In this document: positions 27,019 to 41,100 of the stretch, one piece after another
Position numbering within the stretch: the stretch's first letter is position 1
How the letters are laid out: every line of letters starts with the position of its first letter
Assembly (NCBI GenBank): GCA_012295275.1
Contig: CM022670.1
Coordinates: 23,560,001 to 23,624,000 of the forward strand
Reading direction: 5' to 3'
DNA length: 64,000 bases
DNA from: Chrysomallon squamiferum
Taxonomy: Eukaryota; Animalia; Mollusca
The notes under the pieces: model-generated
What the model was told of the DNA's origin: nothing
The model's database searches: none
Seen by the model: only the letters and a program-made list of their open reading frames with translations
Position numbers and translations under genes: made by a program

Positions 27019-27782
27019 TTTAAATCCTATTTCGGATTCTTTCCGAATCACTGTAGATGTAGCATCTTCTGCATTCAGATATTTGTTTTGTCTATTAATC
27101 TCCATTACCCTGCCCATAAATGCCACAGACACGGCTCAAGACGACGCTGGAACAGTGAATTGTGATGCATTGCAGATTACGCAAATGAAGGAGCGGAGAG
27201 GTTATGGTCCTTGTCAGAGATAAAGACAGTTTACTATACGACATATCGAACATATCTTCCATTTTACGACAATCGTCCAGAACAATCGTAAATTTTCGTA
27301 ATAACTGCAATTTTACACTGACCGAACTCACGAATATGTTCTATAATTTCTGTTTATGTCGAGCGGATTACTTTTTGAAGAGAAAAAAAACTCGATATTA
27401 AGAAATCAAAATCAGATTTATGGCCGATTTAGGTGGGTGTATTTTTTCAAGTTACATACGTATATATATATATATATGTCTTTTTTTTTATTTACGTTTA
27501 TCTGTGCATTCGTATCTTGATTAATTTGTTCCCCTTCGATTTTCTGATGAGATCTTTCTGGCTATAACTTTATCTTTTTTAATGGATACAGCATGTAATA
27601 AAGTCCACTAATAACATAATTCACTATCTTCTTTCTTTATCTTCGCTGTTAGTGAGTTAATCACCTCAATTTGATATCACTCCGTAAGATTTCCTTTCAT
27701 TTTTTTTTAAATATATTTCCTTGCAGCATGAAAGAATAATAAAACAGCAGCCTCTGAACTTTATTTTTTATTTATTAGAAAT

Positions 27783-27814
<32 letters not shown>

Positions 27815-29854
27815 GATTTAGCATTTGTGTTCACATCATTGCTTATATATAGATAAAATAAATATTATAACACATGATATTAACATTAAAGCACATGGCA
27901 TAACCATTATATAATATTATAAAACTTACACTCTGTTTTATAATGTATAATAATTATATTTTATTTTAGTACATTATAAAACTAACCAACATTACAAAGA
28001 TAAGCCGATATGTATAATTAAAGTATGAATTAAATTACTATTAATTATTATAACTAGAACCGTCAGTAAGCATATTATATTCCATCGAGTTAATAATAAT
28101 TAACATACTTACGTGATTATCATTTAAATATTTGAATAAAGAGGCGTTCTTTGTAAAAGTATCAGAGTACAAGTATTCATTGAGATTTTTAACACGGTTT
28201 TTTATAAAATGAATGTTAATATTATAATTCTAGTTATTTATCATTTTTGTTTTCTATAACCCTCCAAACAGTCTCCCTATCCTGCCTGTAATTTACTTAT
28301 CAATTTTTTTCTTTCCTTTTTTTTTTTTTTTTTTTTTCCTTTTTTTTTTTTTTTTTTTTTCTTTTTCTTTCACATATTCGTCATTTACAGAGATACAGAT
28401 ACAGAAAGTAATTCTTTACAAACCTTACCTTTCATTTTTTTCAGTTCTAAATTTCTAAAGTTTTGCTTAACCTCTGACCGAAGATTTCATAAATCTAATT
28501 GGAATCATCTCCTGAATTATTAACTTGAATAAATCTTTAAAATTTTACACTGAACCGTGATCCCGTTACAAACACACGAGCCGTGGTCATCGTGTTTTCT
28601 CTGACATCTAATCTTCAATATATAGTCAGACATAACACGATAAGCACAATTAAAACCGCCACACTACAACGCTAAATTCGTTTTACGATGTATTACAGAA
28701 GCAAATTGGACGCATTTAATTGCGCCGAATGCAGTATGGCCCATAAAAACGAAAGATTTAATCTGATAGCCTTTGCATTACATACACTCGTGATTTCCCA
28801 GAGGATCGCGCCGAAGCGCCAGCCTGAAAATCACCAGGGACTGAATGCGACTGTTATGTCATGGAACATCCCAACAGAAATTTTCAGAAAAGAGTAATGG
28901 AAATCATGATAGTTACTGGCTGTTGCATACATTCTTCTGTGTCGTACATGATGAAAAATAAACAAGATTTTTTTTTTTTTTTCTCTTTCCTTTTTTTTTT
29001 GACGAACATATATAAAAATAGAAATAAAATAAAATTGTAATAATAATTAAAAACAAATTAATAAGAACAGCCATATTTGAAATAAATAAAAACAGAATTA
29101 TAATTTTTTGAAAGATGTTTGTTACTATATTGTTACAGTAAGTTAAACTTTTATAACGCATAAAAATAACTTTTCAGATTAAAAAGGAAAATCAGTTGCA
29201 CTTCGCATTTCATTACTATTTATAAATTAATCAACTTTATAGAAGTGAAAAATATCAAACAGATCCAGTGAATTATGAATTGTATTAACGATGCACATTT
29301 GTTATTAATTTATAAATCTTTAATTATGACTTAATTTAAATGTTTTTATAATGGTGTAGGTGTTGATTAATTTTAAACATGCGCTTTATAAACAAGTAAA
29401 AACAACAATAACAATGATAAATATCAGCATCGACAAGTTAAAGAACAGAGACAGAAAAAAAAAAAAAATATATTTAGCGCAACACGCTGCTAAGTTAAAA
29501 AGACAAAACCAATAATAAATGTTTCACAGATAATCCTTTAATTCACAAAGAAAAACAGTCCAAGGATATGGTCCAACGTTCCTGGATTATGTAACCTCAG
29601 CAACCTGCTTCAGACCTAGATAATACATTGGTAAATTAATTTTAATCTTCAAAGACCCGCGATCAGCCTTTTTTTTAATGCTTTTATTTTTACGATCACG
29701 TAAATATATGCAGGCAGTTATTTTAGACGTTTCCATCAACAAAGTTGGAAACGTTGCTGTAAATGGTCAATTAGTTTCAGAATAACAACAGACATAAAAG
29801 ATAATCACTGAAGCCTGACTAGCCGTATTCACACATTAAACTGGAATAGTGGTT

Positions 29855-29895
<41 letters not shown>

Positions 29896-31673
29896 CCAGT
29901 ATATATGAATGACAACTGCCTTAGCGTGGACATATGCAAACTCACTCGCCGAACTGTCACTAATCAATAGTCCATGGCGAATCAGCTGGTGGCTAAACAA
30001 TATGATATTTTCATAATGGCGAACCGTGCTTTGGACACTGAGACAAATATCAAGTAATATCAGTTATTCAATAATAACATTAATGAATCTAGAATCAGTT
30101 TGTCAGACCGGCAGTAAATTAGTGAAGACTGTCAATTGCTTTGCGGAATCACATTTGCGGACGCCAAAAACCGGTAATAGGCATTTCGCGACAGAGAATT
30201 TATTCAATAAAGGAGCAATTATTGAAAGAATGACGTGTCGGTGGACTGCAGATGACGCAGACTGTATTGGCAGCTGACGACATATTATTTCACTTTTTCC
30301 TTCGTATTTATTATTAGGTAACATCTGCACCAGAAGATTAAAAAAAAAAGAAGTCATATTGCTATTAATTAAATAAAATTAATATTTTCTTTTAAAGATC
30401 GATGGACGGGATGCTGAACGCATGGAAGAAATATGGATGGACCAACAGAATGTCAGACAGTCAGAGAGAGACAGACAGACAGACAGACAGAGAGACAGAG
30501 ATACAGAGATACAGAGATAGACAGAGAGTTAAAGATACACTCAACAGTTCCATTCATCTAATTATTAATTATACGCAACCCACTTGATCATTTGTACTCG
30601 GTGTTATACGCCTGAATTTATATTTTAAAAAAACAATGGAAGATAGATCTGCCACATTCTATGAATGGTACTGAACTGACATTTCTATTTGATCATGACT
30701 TCCAGAATTTACTATGCAGCAAATCTTCAGTCATGATTTTTAAACAGATGATTCTTAATTCTTTTATTAGCTTGCTTCATTTATAAATTATACAACAGTC
30801 ATAATTAGTAGTAGCAATACTAAACCGTTTTTAATCGCGCTGTCATTGCCATTTAAAAGGCGATCTGTTGTGTCGAATTCGCTCATTGAAGGAATTGTTA
30901 GCGAGGCGATTAAAATCGACTCATTACGAATTATTTGGTCTTTCTCACGGCCAATCAATTTTGCCTCGTGCTTTCCCGACATCTGAAGTGATCGTGCAGA
31001 GTTATCGATCTTTGCTCTCGCATGTCGCCTGTCAAACGAAGAAACGACAAACGAGGGAAATTGATGTCGACGCTTACTGATATATGTTGAATAAAATGCC
31101 ACCGGTCGCCAAGCCGCTGGTTATATGTAAATATTTTCGTACAGCGTTAGATGGAAAGAGCATCGACTTCATGTGCAGAACAATAACAGTCAATCGAGAC
31201 TGTTTGTGTTTGTAAAGAGGCGCCATTTGTTGTGTATTCTCAGTTAGTTGAATCGCACGGTCTTGTACGTAGATTGGGGATTATTAATCGGAGGTCGTGT
31301 AAAAATGACATATATATGATGAAGTATGGTTTATTAAATGCTTGAGAAGCGACTTGTAGGTGCCTGGAAAACATTTATGGAACAAGAGAGGGAAAAAAAA
31401 CCCGCTACGAAACGTAGAAAAAAAAAAGAGAAAAAAATATAATTAACATACTTTGCTCCTTTAATGTTGTTTTACTACTGTGTTCATACACGTCATCCGT
31501 TGTATATTTCTTTTATTAGTCTCAAACCGTTTGCTTTCAGGTTTTTTTCACTCGATTTTATTACTGCGCTGTCTACAATTTAATGCCATAACTGCAGGTT
31601 TTCCATCAAAGAACGATGGAATAAGGCTGTCTCTAAACTTTCTCGCTAGCTTATTATTAGAAACGGCTTGTGT

Positions 31674-32198
31674 GTATTACAGGCAATATGTAAAATCAGG
31701 CAGTCTGATTCACTCATGCAGTCTCTAGGTTGCCTACAATATTTCAAGCAATCTCACACATTGCCTAACTTTTCAAGGTAATTTTTCGACTCATTGCCTG
31801 AAATGAAAATTCTATCATTCTCTGACAGTAATTGTTTGTAAAGATAAACACAAATAATGATTAGATACATTGTTGTTTAATTTCGCTACATTTCAAAGAG
31901 AAATCTCCACAAAGACCTAAACGCTTGGTGTCTGTTCGCTATCACCCCGAGCGCGGATCACTGCAGTCTTCGATATCAAGACAATCAGAAATTGGGTGTT
32001 TATTATTATTATTTTTTTGTTGTTGTTGGTGGTGGTGGTGGTGGTGGTGGTGGTGGTGGTTTTGGTGTTGCTTTTGGTGTTGGTGTGTCGTTGTTGTTGT
32101 TGAATTTTCTTTTCAGACAGACAAGCAGTAGATTGTGTAGATTAGAAAATCTAAAGATTGCCTGAGTGAATCAGCATTTTACAGATTGGCTGAAATAT
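31674..32198. mobile_element. Decayed MITE-like element of about 525 bp with imperfect terminal inverted repeats of about 60 bp
   Basis: 31674-31736 (tattacaggcaatatgtaaaat...ctgattcactcatgcagtctctagg) aligns with the reverse complement of about 32143-32198 (tatttcagccaatctgtaaaatgctgattcactcaggcaatctttaga). Internal (GGT)n, no credible ORF, TSD not resolved. Confidence 0.55.
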
Positions 32199-32687
32199 TC
32201 AGGTATTCTAATGATGGCCTGATTGTACAGATTGCATGTAACATATACACGCAGAAAACCCCACAAAAAAGCACATAATCATACGTCCGCCGTGAACACA
32301 CATTTGGATGCAGTGCCTTAATTTCAAGGCCGCGCAAGGAACGGTTGCCAGTGTTAGTCGCGGTTCCCATTCCCGGTTTTACATGCTACATATCTGCTGA
32401 ACGGTTAACTGCTGGTTTTAATGTTTTGATGTTTTTCTTAGCCGAATGTGAGCAGTCCATGTGTGTGAAATTCAACAAAGCTGACACGGTGACAAAAGCA
32501 AATAATCATATAAATTTAAGCCGAACGCCATTTGCTTTTACAATGGCTGACACTCATTTGATACTTAGACTTCATCTGGAGGTTGCCTGGTTCACGCTGA
32601 CCAGAAGAATATATTCTGATATTTTCAATAAAATATTAGTATTTGTAATTAGAACAATATACACTCATAAAACAGAGATGAATAAAG

Positions 32688-32843
32688 ACATGGCCGTAAC
32701 TGCATTCAGGCAAATGATGGTTTGTTTTTTTTTTTTTTTTTCTACAAAGATTTTATATAAAAAAATATGAAATATAAATCTCTGTTCTGATAGAAACGAT
32801 ATCCACTGAATGAATTCGTTTGTCTACGGTTACTGTTTGAAGT
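32688..32843 (+). repeat. Dispersed repeat, copy 1 (paralogous to about 57562-57740)
   Basis: aaatataaatctctgttctgatagaaacgatatccactgaatgaattcgtttgtctacggttactgtttgaagt vs aaatataaatctctattccgatagaaacgatatccgcggaatgaattcgtttatgtctgcggttaccgtttgaagt; upstream catggc[c/t]gtaac...aggcaaatga is also shared. Confidence 0.85.
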
Positions 32844-33313
32844 GTAGCTACATCGCTGCGATGAAAGACATAACTCATTTCAAAGACATCAGTTTTAGCC
32901 TCATTTTAAAGAGTCTAGTTACGGCAATGAAAGACGAATATACTTCATCACAATGCTGCTGTTTAGCTGTATATCTGTTCTTATGTTTCATATCAATTAC
33001 TTATGTTTCATTATTCGTGTTTGGGGTGGGGGTAAAAGTATAACACTCTGTAAATAAACCGAAAGATGGTCAGCCGATAAATAATGATTATTTTTTTCAG
33101 TTTCGTCATTGCAGCAAACGAAAAACCATGGTTGTTTATATTAGCCTGAAATCATCTCTGGAAACAAAGCGGTCGTATAAAAAAAAAAAAAAAAACAACA
33201 ACAAAACATTATATTAGTCACATTATCCGGATTAATGGTTATACGGTGACCACAAAAATGTTGTTGTTGTTGCTGTTTTGTTTTAGTACGTTTTCCACTT
33301 AGGTTTGGTTGTA

Positions 33314-33350
<37 letters not shown>

Positions 33351-36314
33351 ATAAAGTATAAAAATATATTATTTCATTCTAGAAAGACCGGAGCGAAGAT
33401 TAATTGAGATAACTCGTGTGATGTCAGTGATTTCATCACCTAATCTCACTCTTTATCAATCAGATTCGATACCGATGTACATTAATTTCAACGCGGGGCA
33501 AAGTGTCTTCATATATTCTAAGATATCAATGGTTTCACATAAAAAGAAAATCTATTTTAATGTTACCAGCATGAAATACAAGTAATTAGTAAGACGAATA
33601 AGCCACGGGACAATTTAATGTTTGAATACAAATGTTATATTACTTTTTTATGCAAACAACACCAAACATATCAATTCCCGTATGAAACCAGACCCTATAC
33701 AGCAAGTGTAATGAGATTAAACGAATGTACCTAAGATCTTCTTCAGTTACAAGTACATTTCACGTACACATTTTATTGCAGAACACCATAACGTTGAAAA
33801 AAGTAATATTTATAATGTATTCACGTATTAGATCATTTTAGATTTTTAATGTATCATTTGACAAACAAGAAGCGTCCTCAAAAGAAAACATTCTTTTTGA
33901 TCAGTGTAACCATAGTAACCAGAATGAACTGCAAGCAGTACTGATTAGTTTTACATTTTCATTAAATATTATCTTTTGTTGACAAATCCGTAGTTGAAAG
34001 AGAAATTCAATAACTTTATCCCAGCTAAAGACAAAAAAAATCAGGACAGGAGTATAAAAGAGTGTTTTTTCTTCTTGATCTGAATATTATTTAATTATAA
34101 ACGACGACAGTGACGACAGCTACAACAATAACAGCAACAACACCATCAACAATAATAATATAACAATAACAACAGCTTCTGCAACAATAATTTAAAACAA
34201 TTAAAATAAGTAACAACAGCAACAACAGATATGTCTAATATAGCAGCTCAAACAACCTGTAAGTTTTAAATTTATAATAATATTCGATTTACATCCACGC
34301 TCTTTGAAATTCTGCTGTTATTCAGTTTTACGATTCAGAAAATTATGAAAGCGTTTTCTTCATTTCGTGTCACTTAGGTATATTCAAGTATAAATGAAAG
34401 TATTTTATTATAATTACATCTTCAGCCGTATAACAAGGAAATGATCGGTCCTGGGAAGCGAACCTAGTATCTTCAAGTTTTCATCATTAATATCTGTCAC
34501 AATCATCTAGTTAACGGTACTGCTCAACGATATGATGTCATTTGCACTTAACATTCTTCTACTGTGATTCTGTTGCGATTTTGATAGAGTATCCTGAGGA
34601 GACAAATAGCAATTTATACTGAAGGACTGTTATGAGGAGAGAATAATGTCAAATAATTTTCTTCTGAGATTTAAGTATGTGATCTGAAAAAGACTTACGC
34701 TGTGAAATGTGTGCAATCAACTCTGTGTTAGTTTAAAACTGCTTAAAACCTAATATCGTTGTTATCAAATATGCATATGATTTACTCATTTATTACATTT
34801 CCAAAGTCACATTGATAATGTTTTAAACGAAAGAATATCTGATTTTATTTATTTAAAATAATAATAATAATAAAAATAATTTTTATTTTTTCACCTTGTA
34901 TTGTATCTGCTAGGGTAACGTTTTATTATTTTTTTTTTTTATTAATTAGCTATCCATTCAATCATTCATTTATTTTTTCATTTCCGTCTCTTTATATTCT
35001 TCATTTTTAATTAATTAATTTTATAACAAAATTATTAGTATGATCATTTATCTAATCTTTGTCCTAATTTATCCGGAGTAACGATAAACTGACACACTGG
35101 TGTACAAACACATCACGTAATATACACAGCCGCAAGTGGGAAGGACTAAATGAAATATGCAGCCTTAGATTCATTGACACAGGATAAACACTAATTGTTT
35201 AGTCCCTTTGAGCTGTCATTTGTGGCTTGGAAAGTTTGCAATGTAGATAATGGTAACGTTTTGACCTTCTTATTTATGGTCAATATCAAAATCCAGTTGC
35301 AACTGTGCGCCAGTGACAGAGGAGGAAAACAAAGTGCTGGGAAGATAGCAGACGAGACGCATGCTCGCCAAAAGGAATTAAAAGTAAATACTGGGGGTAA
35401 AATGGCGGTGTATCGATGAAATGAATCAATGGCCAGCGTTGATTAAGAGCGACATTTTCAGGAATTCTTGCCCAAATGTAAACTGTGGTCCATTCCGCGA
35501 TGAGAAAAGATCAATCAGAAAAACTGTGTACCCAAACATCATATGAAAGGAGCTATAAAGCTAAGAGACAGGGGCAACAAAGCACCAGTGGAATTGTTTG
35601 AAAACACTTCAAACACTATCATACCCGAAAATAGAAGTAATCGCTAACCATCAAGCCGAATTCTGTTTATTCCCTTTTATGTTCTGTTGAAGAAACTCAG
35701 ACCTAGATTCAGAAATGCATATTTTTACTGCTACGTTTTTCATGTACTTAAAACATTAAATGTTCTTTTGAAATAAAAAAAAAAATGAGAGAAAAAATAA
35801 GAAAACGTTTGCAAAAATATGATGTATAAAAGTGTAACTAGTGTTATTTTCAGTTTCCATTGCATTTGAAGCCAGAAGATATTTTTAAAAATAATAATAA
35901 ATAAATAAATAAAAAGAAGAAGAAATAAGAAGGCAAGAAGACAAAAGTTTCCTAGGAGAAAGGTATATCACGTTAGCTATGTATTGTGTGGGAGAATTTG
36001 TTATCTTTTCTGTTTTGTTTCTCAGGAAGAAAGAACAAGCCAGAAACCAGCAAACGTTAATGACAACAGTAGCTTTGGCAGCAACACAGAACTTAATTAT
36101 TTTGTCAAAATTCTTTTTCAGACAGAATCTTGTTATATTTCAAAATTTATAGTAAACAGGAAGGCATTAAATTTGTTTGAATAAATTGAAATCGACTGCA
36201 CAAGAGAAGCCGGTTTCAGCGACTAGGTGATCTTGTCTTTGAATTATATCGTAAGAGGGTTTTTTTTTTAACAAACCCAACATATTTTCTCTTTTTTATT
36301 TCATGGTAATCTAA

Positions 36315-36402
36315 CTGTTTGACACCCAATAGCTGATATTAGTAGTAGTAGTAGTAGTAGTAGTAGTATGCTTTGGTGTCGTTAATCGTTCATTCATTCA
36401 TT
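36315..36402 (+). mobile_element. Probable 3' end of a SINE with (CATT)n tail, interrupted by (AGT)n
   Basis: tgtttgacacccaatagctgat...(agt)n...ggtgtcgttaatcgttcattcattcatt. Resembles, from memory and unverified, a gastropod SINE 3' end of the form ...GGTGTCGTTAAACATTCATTC. Confidence 0.45.
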
Positions 36403-36676
36403 TGTGGTAATCTTCACTGATTTTACATTCACAATGATAAAATATGACACTGTAATTGATCTTGCAATTGTTTGAAAGTCTATGTTAAATAATGTTTACT
36501 GAACATAATTATTACTCTCCTTTAAGATGTTATTACATTATTAGAAACAGGCAGTCTTAAGAATGGGTTTGTTTGTGTGTGTCTGAATAAGCGTTTTAAC
36601 TGTTTTACTGTCTTAAAAACTGTTTGACACTGATCAGTCCTTTGTTCATGTTTATAAAAACATCATTTATCATTAC

Positions 36677-36697
36677 CTGACACAGTCTGGAATCCAT
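36677..36697 (-). CDS. Candidate alternative first coding exon: MDSRLCQ, phase 0
   Basis: Strong Kozak acgATGG, 7 codons, donor CAG|GTAATG. CpG-rich region upstream with TATAAAA at 37102 and TCAG about 32 nt downstream of it. Confidence 0.4.
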
Positions 36698-37465
36698 CGT
36701 CGGATTTTTCCTTCCGTTAAAAACAAAAATAAAGAAAAATTCTAAACGTTTAGCTAGTTCGGCGATACGAGAATGATCTGTAATTTTGTGAAGATCGGTG
36801 AAGCAGAATGTGAAGTACTTTTTGTTGTGTTCATTTCTCACAACAAGTTATAAAAAAAAAAAAAGAGTAAAGAACGGCCATTGAGACAGAGAGAAATGCT
36901 GTCCAAAATGATTGAATATTTTCACTTGAAGACAACGTGTCATCAATAAGGATTCATGGCGGGGATAAGACAAAATTAAAGATCGAGAACACAATTATTT
37001 CGACATATAACATTTTTATATAAACAGAAAAATCCTATTCCTTGATCGTTGTTTCGAATCTGACGACGCTGAGTTAATCGTTACGAAGTGTCAGGTTTTA
37101 TATCACGCAAAAGTCGACGGACTAAATCGAAGCTTCGTTCTTTTTATATCCCAGAAGTCTGATTTCAGACGAAGTGATCTCGATTACTAAGTGACAGTCA
37201 TAAAATACATCCTTAGAGAATACTGACTTGTTGACCTAAATGCTGTTACTCTTGCTAATTCTCAAAAGTAGCCGAGGTTTCACTTAAAAGAGCGTGCTGC
37301 TGTGGCTGTTCTGAATTTCAGACGTTCGCGACGACGAGAAATCCGAATATTAACGAAATATTCCGAGTAATGACTTCGCATTGTTGTTGCTATGGCTTGC
37401 AGCAAGATAATATGTACGGCTGTTATCCGATTGCTTTATTTGTTCACGACAATCAAGTTCAATAG

Positions 37466-37503
<38 letters not shown>

Positions 37504-38091
37504 ATAAAATTAAAAATAAAAATATTATTTTAATTGTCAGTTCTAAAAGGATATCAAATAAAAACCGTCATCTTAATTTACAAGCAATTAAAAATAAAAT
37601 GTATAAAATTTAAAGAGACAAGGTCGCAACTTTTTTCAGTTTATATTTTCCAATACTAACAGAAATTTTATTGAATTAAGCAAACATGCATGAGCTCAAA
37701 GAATAAATATTCGACCAATAAAAAATAAATAATTTAGCTCATGAAAATGTCATCAGTCTTTTTAATTTATTATTATTATTATTGTTGTTGTTTCTTTGTT
37801 TGAAAATACATGCAAAATAGATCTAACAATTCTCATGTTTCTGTATGTTAAATCAATGGCCTTTAATTATCTGGACAAAATCGGACTAACTTCTGTTAAT
37901 TATATTCTGGTATTCACGGATCCTCAGAGCTATCGAGGAAAGCCTGGCAGCAGTAAATTTAAATGAATGAGAATCTTATTCACTGTTGAATCAGTTCAAT
38001 TATCAGCCCACAGCTTAGAAGATAACTGTCGTATGTTTTATATATATAGAGTTGTCCTGCTGTTTTTAGAAAAATGTTGGTTTAGTCTATA

Positions 38092-38140
<49 letters not shown>

Positions 38141-41100
38141 GACTGAATTCGATAACAGCATAAGGAAGTAAAGAAAAAACGTATTTAAAATAAACAATAA
38201 AAATATATCAAGAGTAATACGCTAAAATGTTTTCTTTAAATACCGTGACATTTAATTTTTACACTCTGTATAGCTGTTGTTGTTTTGAATAAAATACTAA
38301 TGTGGGTTGTTCCATTTTCATTCGAGTTCAAATCATCGTTTCTTGCTATCAAATATTTATTTGATTATTACATCAGTTTCCCGCCAACAATTTAGTCAAA
38401 TAAAAAACCGGACTGGTTTAAGAGACTTGGGTAAACGCTTCTGTCTTATTAACGACATGGAAACTAAACAAAACGCAGACGTAATCTAATTGAACGTTTA
38501 TCTTCAGCAAAATAAAGCCGCGAAACGTTATTGCATCGCTCAAGATTCGTTAACAATGGAACATGGTCAAACTCCGTAATGGAAGGAAAATACTCGAGAG
38601 TGATTGAAATACTCGAGCTATAGATTACTTGTTATTGGTTCCAAATCTTCGTCCATTTTGCCTTCAACAAGCAGGGCTGGATGGGGCCGGACCGATGGTA
38701 AAAAGATCATCGAAAGACAAATATTTTTCCAATGCAAATGGAGGAATTAAAATCGATGGATCCAGCGAAACGAAATCTTCAAAGCAACGTCGAGTTGACC
38801 CCGGAGAGTCGATGTTAAGTTGATATTGTTAGAACCTAAACCAGAAATAAAGTTGCTGAATATTCGAATTAGACCCAGAGCAAGATGGTCCTCTCGCTGT
38901 ATCAATACGCATATGTTGTATAATCAGATTCACCCACTAACTCTGACTCGGTCCATTCCGATAAATGGCTTGTGAAAACTCGGGTCAAATAAGCCTTTAA
39001 TGATTGAACAGCTGTTACAAGACTTTAATGTCTTCGATTTCTTTATTAAGGCTGGAACCACAAAGTATTCAAAGAACCAAAAGAAACGATACAAAGCAAA
39101 CCTAATAAACATGGAGGATGAACAGTTTTAAGACTTCTAAGCGTTCGATCATCATTTGTGTTTGTATGTGTGTTTGTATGTGTCTGTGTCTGTGTGTGTG
39201 TGAGTGTGTGTGTTGTGAAGTATTATTAACAGTAAAAATATTTGAATAATTTTTATTGCACAATTTTCTCAGTAGCTTTTTTTAATTATTATTTGTTTCT
39301 TAACAAAGAATCTGCATATTGAAGTTAACTGGCTTTCAGTTTATTTTAGTACTGTTTTAAATGAAGTAATTATGTTTCAAATCAGTCAGTATGTGTGTGA
39401 TCAAAAAATGCATTTAAATCAAATTTTATCTTAACATATTTCTTCAGAAATATTCTGGAAATAATGATAAATTTTCTTCATGAAAACATTTTTTTATAAT
39501 TTTTTTTTTATTATTAAATCATGAAACTTCTAACAGAGATGTTTAAATGTTTTTTAAATAATTTATTTGCTTGTTTATTTTACTGAAAATAGTTATGGTA
39601 TGTTGTATACCAATATTCCAGAATATATAAACATAAATATCAGACTAACTTTATCTATGCACGTATGTATATGTTTGTTTGATTGTATTTACGTTTGTAC
39701 GTATTTTTGTTTTTATGTTATACATGTGTATATGTATGCATATTTGCACCTATGCATGTAATGATGTATACTAAGGATGTATACATTTATCACTATATAT
39801 GTATATGTATGAACTGAAGTGTGCTTCGATTTGCTTATGTTTAAGTTTAATTCAACACATTTAGATAAAAAATATAAAATGTCCTTGAAAGCAGGAAAGC
39901 GCCCGTGTGTTACATTCATTAGTATTATTTCCATGATTACACAGTATAATTCCTTTCCTTCATTTTAGTTCATGCGAAGACAATTCAAAACGCACTAGAA
40001 CATTTTTTATATATTTATTTATATGCCACTTCAAGCTGCTGTCAGAATGTATTGTATTGCCTCACTCGTCAGTTAATGCAGCATTGAACTGTCAGTGTAC
40101 ACGTGCAGGTATGAAATATAGTAATGGCAACGTTCTTAGCATTTGAAACACGCATACATATTGCCGTCTTGAAGAAAGAAAAAAAAAAGATCTTATTTTC
40201 GTGAACTGTTAGATTAACGGAATGTTATAAAACTGTCCATGGAATTTGTATAATCGATGTCTTTTTCTTGAATCGTAAATGGGAAAATGGAGAGTTTATG
40301 GCGGCAACAGCTGTAGTTTAACGGCGAAACAGATGTTGTATTCAGTAGTTACGTCCTGTAAAAATTCAGTTGTAACTGAATATACAGTGAAATCGACACT
40401 ACTTGCAAACACATTTTAATCGAATTGAATCAGCCAAGGGTAGAAGACTTTCTTTAGCCGAACTATTTCTCGAAATCGATTGTTTGCTGTTATTACGTAT
40501 CACGGATTTATAGCAAACAATAAAATCTTCAGTCAGGCAGATATTCGAATAATCAGTATACACGCGCGTACTGATTCGACGGATTTCATAAGCAGACTTG
40601 TAACAGCGATACAACTCAGACAGTGACCTGCAGGTTGATGTTGTTGATATTGTAGTACGATAAACATTTTTTTTTTTTCAAAAGCTAAATAAATAAAACA
40701 GTATTCTGATTCGTTTTGCTTTTTTTAATTTTTAAAAATAAATTGAGATCCAAATCTGTTATTATCACTGTTGTTATTATTGTTTAAAATTTTGGGGTAA
40801 ACAAAAACACTATTTTGAATTATGTTAGTCTTTTAATGTTGCCTGTTTTAATAGCAAATTATTCACAGTCAGGCCCGAACACATATTTATGTGCAGGGTG
40901 CGTAATCGACGGACGAAAGGGCCGGAGTTGCATGTACCCCCTCCCCGAAACTCACAGCACCTTTCAAACATACCCGCCTTAAGTGCGAAAACTTCACACA
41001 GTTCATATTCTCCTACTATTTTTACTATCGGGGATGCATGCGCATTCCTAGCACTCCCCTCCTGCATATACGCCAGATAACATACTTGAATTAATACTCA

